Source: Ostrea edulis (lineage: Eukaryota). From it: a DNA stretch of 64,000 nucleotides. A program made the translations under genes and the position numbers. This document shows, in pieces, positions 12,350 through 25,100 of this stretch (the first letter of the stretch is position 1; each line of letters starts with the position of its first letter). The notes under the pieces are model-generated. The model was not told the DNA's origin and did no database searches. It saw only the letters and a program-made list of their open reading frames with translations. The stretch covers positions 105,772,001-105,836,000 of the forward strand of contig NC_079165.1 of assembly GCF_947568905.1 (NCBI RefSeq). Direction: 5' to 3'.

Positions 12350-15300
12350 CCAAGATACAAAGCCTTCATAGACAGACACCACGATACAAAGCCTTCATAG
12401 TCACCACAATACAAAACCTTCATAGACACCACAATACAAAACCTTCATAGACACCACAATACAAAGCCTTCATAGACAACACGATACAAAACCTTCATAG
12501 ACAGACACCACAATACAAAACCTTCATAGACACCACAATACAAAATCTTCATAGACACCACAATACAAAACCTTCATAGACACCACAATACAAGCCTTCA
12601 TAGTCACCACAATACAAAGCCTTCATAGACACCACAATACAAAGTCTTCATAGACAGACACCACAATACAAAGCCTTTATAGACATACACCACAATACAA
12701 AGCCTTCATAGACAGACACCACAATACAAAACCTCCATAGACAGACAACACGACACAAAACCTTCATAGACACCACAATACAAATCCTTCATAGACACCA
12801 CAATACAAAACCTTCATAGACAGACACCACAATACAAAACCTTCATAGACAGACAACACAATACAAAACCTTCATAGACACCACAATACAAAACCTTCAT
12901 AGACACCACATTACAAAACCTTCATAGACAGACACCACAATACAAAACCTTCATAGACACCACAATACAAATCCTTCATAGACACCACAATACAAAACCT
13001 TCATAGACACCACAATACAAAACCTTCATAGACAGACACCACAATACAAAACCTTCATAGACAGACAACACGACACAAAACCTTCATAGACACCACAATA
13101 CAAATCCTTCATAGACACCACAATACAAAACCTTCATAGACAGACACCACAATACAAAACCTTCATAGACACCACGATACAAATCCTTCATAGACACCAC
13201 GATACAAAACCTTCATAGACAGACACCACAATACAAAGCCTTCATAGACACCACAATACAAAACCTTCATAGACAGACACCACAATACAAAACCTTCATA
13301 GACACCACAATACAAAACCTTCATAGACAACACAATACAAAACCTTCATAGACACCACGATACAAAACCTTCATAGACAGACACCACAATACAAAGCCTT
13401 CATAGACAGACAACACGACACAAAACCTTCATAGACACCACAATACAAATCCTTCATAGACACCACAATACAAAACCTTCATAGACAGACACCACAATAC
13501 AAAACCTTCATAGACACCACGATACAAATCCTTCATAGACACCACGATACAAAACCTTCATAGACAGACACCACAATACAAAGCCTTCATAGACACCACA
13601 ATACAAAACCTTCATAGACAGACACCACAATACAAAACCTTCATAGACACCACAATACAAAACCTTCATAGACAACACAATACAAAACCTTCATAGACAC
13701 CACGATACAAAACCTTCATAGACAGACACCACAATACAAAGCCTTCATAGACACCACAATACAAAACCTTCATAGACACCACAATACAAAACCTTCATAG
13801 ACACCACAATACAAATCCTTCATACACAGACAACACGATACAAAACCTTCATAGACACCACAATACAAAACCTTCATAGACAGACAACACGATACAAAAC
13901 CTTCATAGACACCACAATACAAAACCTTCATAGTCACCACAATACAAAATCTTCATAGACACCACAATACAAAGCCTTCATAGACAGACAACACGATACA
14001 AAACCTTCATAGACACCACAATACAAAGCCTTCATAGTCTCCACAATACAAGCCTTCATAGACACCACAATACAAAGCCTTCATAGACACCACAATACAA
14101 AGTCTTCATAGACAGACACCACAATACAAAGCCTTTATAGACATACACCACAATACAAAGCCTTCATAGACAGACACCACAATACAAAACCTCCATAGAC
14201 AGACAACACGACACAAAACCTTCATAGACACCACAATACAAATCCTTCATAGACACCACAATACAAAACCTTCATAGACACCACAATACAAAACCTTCAT
14301 AGACACCACAATACAAAACCTTCATAGACAGACACCACAATACAAAACCTTCATAGACAGACAACACGACACAAAACCTTCATAGACAGACACCACAATA
14401 CAAAGCCTTCATAGACAGACACCACAATACAAAATCTTCATAGACAACACGATACAAAACCTTCATAGACAGACACCACAATACAAAGCCTTCATAGACA
14501 CCACAATACAAAATCTTCATAGACAGACACCACAATACAAAACCTTCATAGACAACACGATACAAAATCTTCATAGACAGACACCACAATACAAAACCTT
14601 CATAGACAGACAACACGATACAAAACCTTCATAGACACCACAATACAAAACCTTCATAGACAGACAACACAATACAAAACCTTCATATGCAGACACCACA
14701 ATACAAAGCCTTCATAGACAGACACCACAATACAAAACCTTCATATACAGACACCACAATACAAAACCTTCATAGACAGACAACACAATGCAAAGCCTTC
14801 ATAGTCAGACACCACAATACAAAGCCTTCATAGACACCACAATACAAAGCCTTCATAGACAGACAACACAATACAAAGCCTTCATAGTCAGACACCACAA
14901 TACAAAGCCTTCATAGACACCACAATACAAAGCCTTCATAGACAGACAACACGATACAAAACCTTCATAGGCAGACACCACAATACAAATCCTTCATAGA
15001 CAGACACCACAAAACAAAACCTTCATAGACACCACAATACAAAGCCTTCATAGACACCACAATACAAAGCCTTCATAGACAGACAACACGATACAAAACC
15101 TTCATAGGCAGACACCACAATACAAATCCTTCATAGACAGACACCACAATACAAAACCTTCATAGACACCACAATACAAATTCTTCATAGACAGACAACA
15201 CAATACAAATCCTTCATACACAGACAACACGATACAAAACCTTCATAGACACCACAATACAAAACCTTCATAGACAGACACCACAATACAAAACCTTCAT

Positions 15301-16290
15301 AGACACCACAATACAAAACCTTCATAGACAGACACCACAATACAAAACCTTCATAGACACCACAATACAAAGCCTTCATAGACAGACACCACAATACAAA
15401 GCCTTCATAGACAGACACCACAATACAAAATCTTCATAGACAACACGATACAAAACCTTCATAGACAGACACCACAATACAAAGCCTTCATAGACACCAC
15501 AATACAAAATCTTCATAGACAGACACCACAATACAAAACCTTCATAGACAACACGATACAAAATCTTCATAGACAGACACCACAATACAAAACCTTCATA
15601 GACAGACAACACGATACAAAACCTTCATAGACACCACAATACAAAACCTTCATAGACAGACACCACAATACAAAACCTTCATATACAGACACCACAATAC
15701 AAAACCTTCATATACAGACAACACGATACAAAACTTTCATAGACACCACAATACAAAACCTTCATAGACACCACAATACAAAACCTTCATAGACGGACAC
15801 CACAATACAAATCCTTCATACACAGACACCACAATACAAAACCTTCATAGGCAGACACCACAATACAAAGCCTTCATAGACAGACACCACAATACAAAAC
15901 CTTCATAGACACCACAATACAACACCTTCATAGACAGACACCACAATACAAATCCTTCATAGACAGACACCACAATACAAAACCTCCATAGACACCACAA
16001 TACAAAACCTTCATAGACACCACAATAAAAAACCTTCATAGACACCACGATACAAATCCTACATAGACAGACACCACAATACAAATCCTTCATAGACAGA
16101 CACCACAATACAAATCCTTCATAGACAGACACCACAATACAAAACCTTCATAGACACCACAATACAAATCCTTCATAGACAGACACCACAATACAAATCC
16201 TTCATAGACACCACAATACAAATCCTTCATAGACAGACACCACGATACAAAGCCTTCACAGACAGACAAATCGATACTAAACCTTCATAA
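12350..16290. repeat. ~3.9-kb satellite array of 25/29-bp units
   Basis: Unit acaccacaatacaaaaccttcatag with optional extra acag; about 140-150 units; higher-order block duplications present. Confidence 0.97.
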
Positions 16291-16320
16291 TATAGAATAT
16301 ATCTCATAAATTATATAAAG

Positions 16321-16860
16321 CAAAGAACGGCCTAACAATCGGTATGAAACACGCCAGACAACATTTGACCCAATGACTGGTTGTATTGCCAAACTAGATC
16401 ATTATATAACGACCGTATAATTTACCAAATGCTGACTTGAAACGAGACTGTTGAAACCCCTGTAATATCAATTTCTTTGTCAGTAGCCTGCCTCGATTTA
16501 AAAACTGATCATACACAGAAAAGAGACATGTGGACATAAACATCATATACAGGTGATAATGAAATATTGCTACAAAAAATATGAAAAGTTGACGATGGAG
16601 CCCGTTTATGGCACGCCATATTTATTCCTCTATAAAGATATCATATAATTTATGAAATATATTCTATTTTTAATAAGATATCTAATAAATTTCAGAATAT
16701 ATCTCATACAGTTTATAAGACGTATCATAAAATATATAAGATATCTTATTTAAACTATATAAGATTTATGAAATATCTTTAAAGAAGAATGAATGTGAAA
16801 TCGGCATGCCATACCCGTTTGTCATAAAGTTGAGTTATTAGTTTGCCGTTAGATATAGAA
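16321..16860 (-). mobile_element. Decayed Penelope-like (Naiad-type) RT C-terminal fragment, interrupted by a MITE
   Basis: Aligns with the reverse complement of 38620-38960 on both sides of the insertion at 16607-16813. Confidence 0.85.
16607..16813. mobile_element. IS3EU-like MITE ('GATATC' family)
   Basis: Termini TATGGCACGCC...GGCATGCCATA; 6-bp TSD cccgtt at 16601-16606 and 16814-16819; interior is an array of ataagatatctt motifs. Confidence 0.8.
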
Positions 16861-16935
16861 TATATGGATATTCTATACAAATATCACATTTGTGCATCCT
16901 TTGATATACCGCATATATATATATATATATATATT

Positions 16936-17281
16936 TACCGACTGACACCACAGTGACCAGACATGATGAGTTCACGCTCTGATTCTTATTCTTTTCTGAG
17001 TTAATAAAAAAGCCTGCAACATGTAATCCGCTGGAAAAGTGTTTAGCTAGTTTTGTAGTGTAGTTTTAGTGCTTATTGTTAATTATATTTGTGTTTTCTC
17101 CATAATGTAATCCTTTCCCGTCCTGACGAAGGGACAGGTTGTCCCGAAAATTTGACAATTCCAATTGTTCATGTCGTTGGTCATTCTAGTGCTTAATATA
17201 ATTATTTTCCCTGACCATTGTATCTATTTAATATAGATCCGACAGTTTTGGATACTGAATGTTGTTGGTTCTTCAGTGCTT
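16936..17281 (+). mobile_element. Penelope-like element 3' end/pLTR inserted in a (TA)n tract
   Basis: (TA)n on both sides (16913-16934, 17282-17293); short ORF end (...RHDEFTL*) followed by a tail carrying a minimal hammerhead motif. Confidence 0.6.
17120..17156 (+). ncRNA. Minimal type-I hammerhead ribozyme
   Basis: gtc-CTGACGA-a-gggaca(ggt)tgtccc-GAAA-at-TT-gac: helix I 3 bp, conserved core, 6-bp helix II, palindromic AATT in place of helix III. Confidence 0.7.
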
Positions 17282-17293
17282 TATATATATATA

Positions 17294-18001
17294 TATGGCA
17301 GGTCGTTTTTACATTTAAAGATATCTTATAAAATTTATAAGATATCTTCTAAAGTTTATGAGATATATTATGTCCATTATTAGATATCATATAAAAGATA
17401 TGAAATATCTTATATTTTTTGTAAAAGATATCTTATAAAACGTTTAATATATCTTATATGTTTTTTAAGGTATCTTATATATATGATAAGATATCTCATA
17501 AATGAATTTTCAATAGATATTTTATAACTTATAAGATATCCTATGAAAAAAGTTTATCAGATATCTCATAGATTTTATAAGATATCTCATAAACTATGAG
17601 ATATGATTAATTGCAAAATATCTTATAAAGTTTATGAGATATCTTATATAGTTTATAAGATATCTTATATATTTTATGAGATATCTTATACACTGTAAAT
17701 TTTATTAGATATCATATAGATCTATATCATCAGTATATGAGATATCTCATAATTTTCGTTATAAAATATCTTTTAAAACATATATCTCATAAACTTTATA
17801 AGATATCTTATAACTTATGAAAGAAAGTTTATTAGATATCTCATATATTTTATAAGATATCATAAACTTTATGAGATATCTTGTTTAATATAAAAGATCT
17901 TATTACAAAATTTATAAGATATCTTATTGAAAGAAGAAGATATCTCATAAATTATATGAGATATCTTTATAGAGGAATGATTGTAAATATGGCATACCAT
18001 A
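17294..18001. mobile_element. IS3EU-like MITE ('GATATC' family), long copy
   Basis: TATGG...CCATA termini; flanks tatata/catata (5 of 6 match); ~700 bp of agatatcttat sub-repeats; ends 126 bp upstream of the TCP1 ATG. Confidence 0.7.
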
Positions 18002-18126
18002 CATATACGTATATATGATCATATATGATATACATTAGGTGAGGGGTTTCGCTACCGCTTTGGTGAGAATTTTTTTTTCTCCGAAATAGTTAGGGGACGA
18101 CTTAATAGAAGTAGAAACAAACAATC

Positions 18127-21100
18127 ATGGCGGACACAGCACCTACTCTGACGGTTGGAGGCGACAGGACTACTGGCCAGTCTGTTAGGACACAAAATGG
18201 TTTGTTTTGCTTTTACAGTATTCATTTAATTTCTATGCACGATGTTTTAACCATGTAAATACTGATATTATAAGAGAACAGTTTTTTTTATTGTTGTTTG
18301 GCTTGTTCACATGGGAAGCACATGGCTACCTCGAGAATGTTCCACAACGTGTGTAGACTGGCAGGATCAGACATCTAATCTTGAGTTTAAAAATAAACCC
18401 AATTTTCAGCTGTTTAATGTTTTGGATTCATTTTCATTACATAAAACCGTTTTCAATTTGCACTTATTTATTGATAAGTCTTCGAATTTCATTGTTTACG
18501 AAGGGGGGGGGGGGGGGTTAAATAAAAATTTCACTTAATAATAAATATGTAATTTATATTTATGTCTAGTGTTTACCAAATTTAAAAGGCTTTGACGATA
18601 ACCTAACAAACCTTTTGATTATTATTATTATTGGTTTTCTCTGTTCAATGAACTTGACAAAAATTTACATACAATGTCATAATTATGTATAATTTGAAAT
18701 CAAGATATGGTGAAAATTGTGTAATAATCAAACTTGAAGACCATCATGCCAATATTTGGACCTCGAGCTTTTACTGCAGTCTCACAGATTTCAAGTTTTG
18801 CTGAAAGTTGTTGCAAACACATGCCAGAATGGAATACATTGTTTTGTTTTTGTGGCATAAAATATGATATTGATGTATGATAAGAATTAATTTTTACTGC
18901 TTTGAAATACAGGATTTTTCCATTCATACGGAATATCGGAACCATCATTTTGTCTCCGATTCTGCCCTGGTTTTAATATTTAGTATGTTCAACGAGATCA
19001 CGTTTTCTGCATTAACTTGGGCAACTTTTCAGCAAACAAGCACATGTTACTTATGTACTAACAGATATAGTGAATTCGGGCACATTTTAGCACCGTTTTT
19101 TAAAGGGTTGGAAACAAACGAAGAAAAAAAAGTGCCGTTATATTAATATGAAAAATCTTAGTTAGCAAGAAAAGCAGTTCTGCTGAAACCCCGAAATCGT
19201 AAAAGGGGGGGGGGGTATTCTTCAGTTCATCTGTTGAACTCATTGATCTAACCTTGCATTTCCACTACCATTCACCACTACTATATCAAGTGACCAGCTA
19301 ATGAATCGATCTTTGTATGTACTAATAACAAACTTTGATGTATGTGATAATTCAACACAATCTCAGGATAAGGGGAGGCGGGGGCGGAAGTGTGTGGTGG
19401 TGGAGGGGGGGGGGGGGGGGGGGCTACATGTTGCTGCATGTATATGTACGTTTCTGAAGATCGATTTATAAATAATTTATTGTGATTAATTATATCATGT
19501 CATAGCGGTCGGTTGTTTTAATGACTCAAGAAAATCTCAAAGTAAATATCTAAGTGCATACGGTGTAGGAAATAGACTTTTTCTTTTGTTTTATTTGCTA
19601 CCAAACATCAGAAATTTAATCCAATAACTCATGTTTTAGTACAAGTACATTCACTTGCAACATTCTGAAAAATAATCTTTAAACCAGGCATATATTTTTA
19701 TATCAGAAATGAGTCGTCTTTAGCCATCACTAATTTGTATACAAGAGTTGCCCAAGTGACGCATAATTTTCGTAACTTCTTTTTCTGAAGAGTTCCAAAA
19801 TTTTCTAGTTCCGATATCCCGTATTGTTTATTCTTGAAAGAATTGAACATTGGAGAAATCCTATTAATTTTCCAAAAATGTCTAGAATTATTCCCAAATC
19901 CAAATTACATAGGGCAGCTTTTAACTTTGGTGTGAAAAACACTGATTGATAAGTTTGTAGAAACTAGGAGTGAAACGATACAGTATATTCTCGATTCGAT
20001 ACAATAGCATGTACCAAATTCTTTATAATGCTACGTTTTTTTTATGTTTCATTGTATTTATTGCTCTCTACAAATAAATTCTACATAATGTAAAAATGTT
20101 AAACATAAAGCAACACTCTTATCACTTGTCCTAAAGCCAAAATGTTGCCATACCCAAGATTTATACATGGGGGGGGGGGGGGGGGGGGGGGGGGCATTTT
20201 TCAACTCGACTGCGTCCATTTTGATACAGCAAACTTTACTCGTATGTTGATTGGGCAACTTTCAATTCCATTGGCTAATCAGAAACCGTGTTATCAAAAG
20301 CAATGTGTGCTATGATTTTAGAACCACATCGAACCGAAACAGACCCCGAGTAAATTGAACATCAAATTGAGACCACTACATCGCGATTTGGCCGCATCGC
20401 GATGCATCGTTTCACCCCTAGTAGAAACATTGCCCTATATTTGAAAATTTTCGTTAGTTTTTTCCTTACTGCAGTGTACGAATGATAATATGAAATCTGA
20501 TTGTCATCTTTATTAAACTTGCATATGTAATGGTCCAAACTGTATTTTGCATACAAGGACTGTCTGTCAAACTTGCAGTGTGTGTTTTCTCTCCTCTGTT
20601 TTGTTTCTGTTTTCTCTACTTTTAATTATTCTATCTTTATCTTGATCCTGGTCACATTATTTTTATTTTATTATTTATTATTATTTGCAATTTTTTGTCA
20701 CAGAATCAGATTTTTGGTTGCATAATGCATACAAGGGCATTTTATTCTGAAACCAGGAGAATTAGTAGGTCTTCTATCTTATAGAAATCACATTTGAATT
20801 GTGAAATATTACTTAATAAAGAAATTATCTTGTTTCAGTCCTAGCAGCAAGTTCCATTGCCAACATAGTGAAGAGCAGTCTTGGACCAGTTGGTCTGGAT
20901 AAAATGTTGGTTGATGATATTGGAGTAAGTATTCGTACATTATTTAAATATTTGTTTAGTATTTAAGTAAAATATTTCTTCTTTTGTGGCTGAGGACTTG
21001 ATGAGGAGCAGTATTTCTTTAAATATGTTCTACTTTCTTGGACATCAAACAGCCAAACTTAGTATGAAGTATTGATAATGGTAATTATACCTAAAGTGTG

Positions 21101-22078
21101 AAATTCGTGGCCTTTGGGTGAGGGGTTATGGTGCTAGGGTAGGACTTGATGACTTGTATAGTGAATAATTTCTTCTTGATTTCCGACTTGCCAGACGGAG
21201 AACACAGTTAATGAGTTATTTGTAATGAATGCGCATTATGTAAGTTGGATGCATATGCAAGTGGCACACACTTCACCCTGGGCACTGTAAATTTCTTTAG
21301 GCATTTATGATGGTCAGAGTCAGTTATTTTAATAAATTTTGAAAGTAACAGACAATGATTTTGAGACGTGTCGGAAAATTGTGAGGGAATGATAACATAT
21401 TATAGTCATTGATTTTATTTTTGAGTATTTAGTTCTTTTGTTTAAACTGCTTGTAGATACATGTGCTAGTTGTGGGTATAAGCAATTAAAAATAAAAACT
21501 TATGATGGCTAGAGCTGGTTTTATTGGCTTTTTCAAAGAAATGAAACAAAATATCATAAATGAAAACAAATTAATTGCTTAATTTTTTTATCCAGCACAA
21601 GTTAATTCCAACTTCAATATAGATCCTTACCCAGAAAGCACAATATTGATGTTTAGATACAAGCCATGATGCAATATATAGTGTAAGGAATACAATTTTA
21701 TATTATTTACAGGATGTCACCATAACAAATGATGGGGCAACAATTCTGAAGCTGTTGGAAGTGGAACATCCAGCAGCAAAGGTCCTGGTGGAACTGGCTG
21801 ATTTGCAGGACCAGGAAGTGGGAGACGGCACCACTTCTGTCGTAAGAACTGTCTCAGTATTTTCTTGGTCAAAATCACATGGCCTCTCACCTTTGTTGGC
21901 GCGGGATTGAATCCCGCTCACGCCGTTAAGTGAGAAAGTTTCCCAGTTTACTTGCGGAAGGTCGGTGGTCTCTTCTCTGGTACATTGTATCTGGGTTCTA
22001 TCTTCCACCAATAAAAACTGGGCGCCACCAGATAACTGAAAAATTGTTGAGTGTGGTAGAAAACAGCAAAAGAAACAA

Positions 22079-22149
<71 letters not shown>

Positions 22150-25100
22150 TAGCGACATGCCTATTATCAATGTATTAATTACAATTATTTAAATGCTGTA
22201 TAATTGTTGTACATGATGTGACTTGTGTTTATTTTAAATATGATTTATCATTCATGTTTATAGGTAATAATTGCTGCTGAGCTTCTAAAGAATGCAGATG
22301 AGCTGGTAAAATGTAGGATCCACCCCACATCCATCATCAGTGGATACAGACTAGCATGCAAGTAAGGAGTCTTTGTTAAAAGTCAGAATTAATTATTACA
22401 TGTAAGGTTATGTAACTGAAGAATCCAAACCTCTCCCCCACCCACCCCCCAAGAGAGAGGGAAAGAAAAAAAAGAAGAATATAGTGTATATAATTACGCG
22501 GTCCAACAGATTTTGTGAACCAAGAACAAATGACATCTCACCTGAATTGTACTGAAATTTTGTAAATGATAAATTTGGGTTCAAGAAATATATTATTTTA
22601 TCAAATTACATTCTACACTGCAATTATTTGGCTGTGTTGTACTTTATTTTAGAAATAAATTTGATCTTTGAAAATACATTCGGGTATGAACTGGGACCGG
22701 TACGGATATAAATTGGAACATTTCATGCTGGCATACTTCATGAAGCAGGTTAATTTATACCCTCATGTATTTTTAAAATGGAATTTCTTACATTTACATT
22801 CTGCTTTCATTTCCGTCAGAATTACTAATCGTTGAAATAGACACATTATATTCATCAAGATTCATATTTGCATTGTTTGCAACTGCAACACATTCATGAG
22901 AAAATGGCTAACCGTACAATTTGGTAAAGATATCAAAGGCAAAAAGATTGGAGATGTTAATATTAAGGTTTCAAATTGTTTTCTTTTGAACTCCAGTGGA
23001 AAGTGTGGGGCTTATTTTTTGTGGCAGTGGTTTGAAAGGATTGGATTCAATGTTACATGACATTGCTTGCAAATTGATTTAAATATTTTTGTATTTGAAA
23101 GGTTTTGATATGGCCCATAAACTCTTAAAAATGTTATCATGCAAAATATTAACACCCATTTATTTGCTGTGCACACAATATAGTGTGTAACAGTTATACG
23201 CATGGGATAAAGAAATACAACAGGGAAGTGCCAGAGTATTTGTCAATTACAGACAACTGCTGTGTATTTTTCCTGTTACATGTTCTGTACATAATTTGAA
23301 ACCATGTTCTAATGGTGGGAATTCTGAAAGAAAAAGATGCATATTTCCATTCATTTGCTATGCCAACTTTGTGCTGGTGATGTTTATTTGTATGGAGATG
23401 AAGAAAAAATTTGTACCAGGGCACTTGTGGTTTTGTAACTATATTTTAAGTCAAAGAGCCATAACGCCACTTGAAGTATCTTCTTTGGAATGTAACTCAA
23501 CAAATCTGTTTGCCTGGAACTTATGAGATTGATCACTGTTTGTTATCTTTACTTTTCATTGATATACAAGTACACACTAAATGTCAGCTCAATATCAGAA
23601 TTATTTGGCATGGCATAATCATTCCATTAAATAGGGATGTATGTGTATAGTCAGTTTGTTGTGGTAAGGAGTTATGAATCCCCATAGTAGCCCCATCCTG
23701 GCTCTGGTGGCTATTGTTTAATAAATTTGACTTAGTACGATAAACTGTTACTCTCAGATAAGTTTTGTCCTTTCTGGTCCACTGATTATGGAGGATTTGC
23801 AATGACCCATCTCGAATAGAAGTTTTCTTAATTTTCTTCCCTTTGAAGTGGGTACAATCCTACAATTGAAGAAACAAACTTGAATCCTTTCTATTCAAAG
23901 ATACTGAACTTGTTTGCAAAGTTGCTTTTCTTGAAAATATGGTCCAATGGCTTTTGAAAGATATTATGACAAACTCAAGATGGAATGACTCACTTAGGCT
24001 ATTGGATCAAGTTAAATGAAAACAGCCCACAGGACCATAAAACTTCGACTAGCTCAGCCTATATTAATTTAAGTCTCACAATGTGGTGAAAAAAGTGAGA
24101 CTGAGATCAGCTCGTCCAAGTGCTGTGGGGCCAGAACTCCTTCATCTATTTCCCCACTGTTACACTGAACTGTACATCTGAATTCAATCATTACATCAGT
24201 CGGAGGAAATTAGTGGGCATGAAACAAACTGTATACAGGGATAGTTTGCACCATGTTATTTGTTGCCATAGGCCCTGAGAAAAGACTGAATGGCATTTTA
24301 GATTTGATCATTGCTATTTTGTGCTACATAAGATCAATGAATAAATTGTAGTAGCCCAGTATGAAATTTGTCCAGTTGCGATGCATACAAGTTGTCAGCG
24401 AGAATAAAAAAGGGGAGACAATTTCCTTGTATACAGCATTCATTGGTGGGAGTAAAGCAGAAATACAGATAAACATGTCCAATTTCATTCCCATTTATTT
24501 GCTGTGCACACAATATAGTGTGTAACAGTTATACGCATGGGATATAGAAATACAACAGGGAAGTGCCAGAGTATTTGTCAATTACAGACAACTGCTGTGT
24601 ATTTTTCCTGTTACATGTTCTGTACATAATTTGAAATCATGTTCGAATGTTGGGAATTCCTTTTAGTTGAATAGAAAGATGTTTCTCCTACTCCAGCTCT
24701 TTGCTGATGATTTATAGCAAGTACTGTGACATAAAGTATACCTGTTCATAAGTACTTCGACTCCGAGAGATCAAAGTATGTGAGTCACATGTAATTCATT
24801 CATTTTAAGGAGGGGAAAGGGCCGAAATTCGGACCCAAAATGGGCCTTAAAAAATCACTGAATCATTCATCATAATTACAGTGTAATTTATTTTCAGAGA
24901 AGCCTGTAAATACATCCAAGAACACTTGACGATCAATGTTGACGAGCTCGGAAAAGAATGCATCGTAAATGCTGCCAAAACTAGCATGTCCAGTAAAATT
25001 ATAGGATCGTATCCTTGTTAAGAAGACAATGATACATGCATGTGTGTTATTCCCTACATATACAAAATCATCAGGCACTATGTTGTGCTTATGATGTGTT

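Noticed and set aside
14380-16135. ORFs within the satellite (MLSVYEGFVLWCL...)
   Set aside because: Translations of the satellite; used only as evidence of block duplication.
746-16290. Tandem arrays as possible CRISPR arrays
   Set aside because: Units are directly adjacent with no unique spacers, there are no cas genes, and the DNA is eukaryotic.
21703-22170. 155-aa minus-strand ORF with (ER)n
   Set aside because: Antisense to TCP1 exon 3, a SINE and a (TC)n microsatellite.
24700-24780. Possible C/D box snoRNA (cTGATGA...ccga) in TCP1 intron 4
   Set aside because: Box C lacks the purine, no canonical CTGA box D, and the terminal stem is weak.
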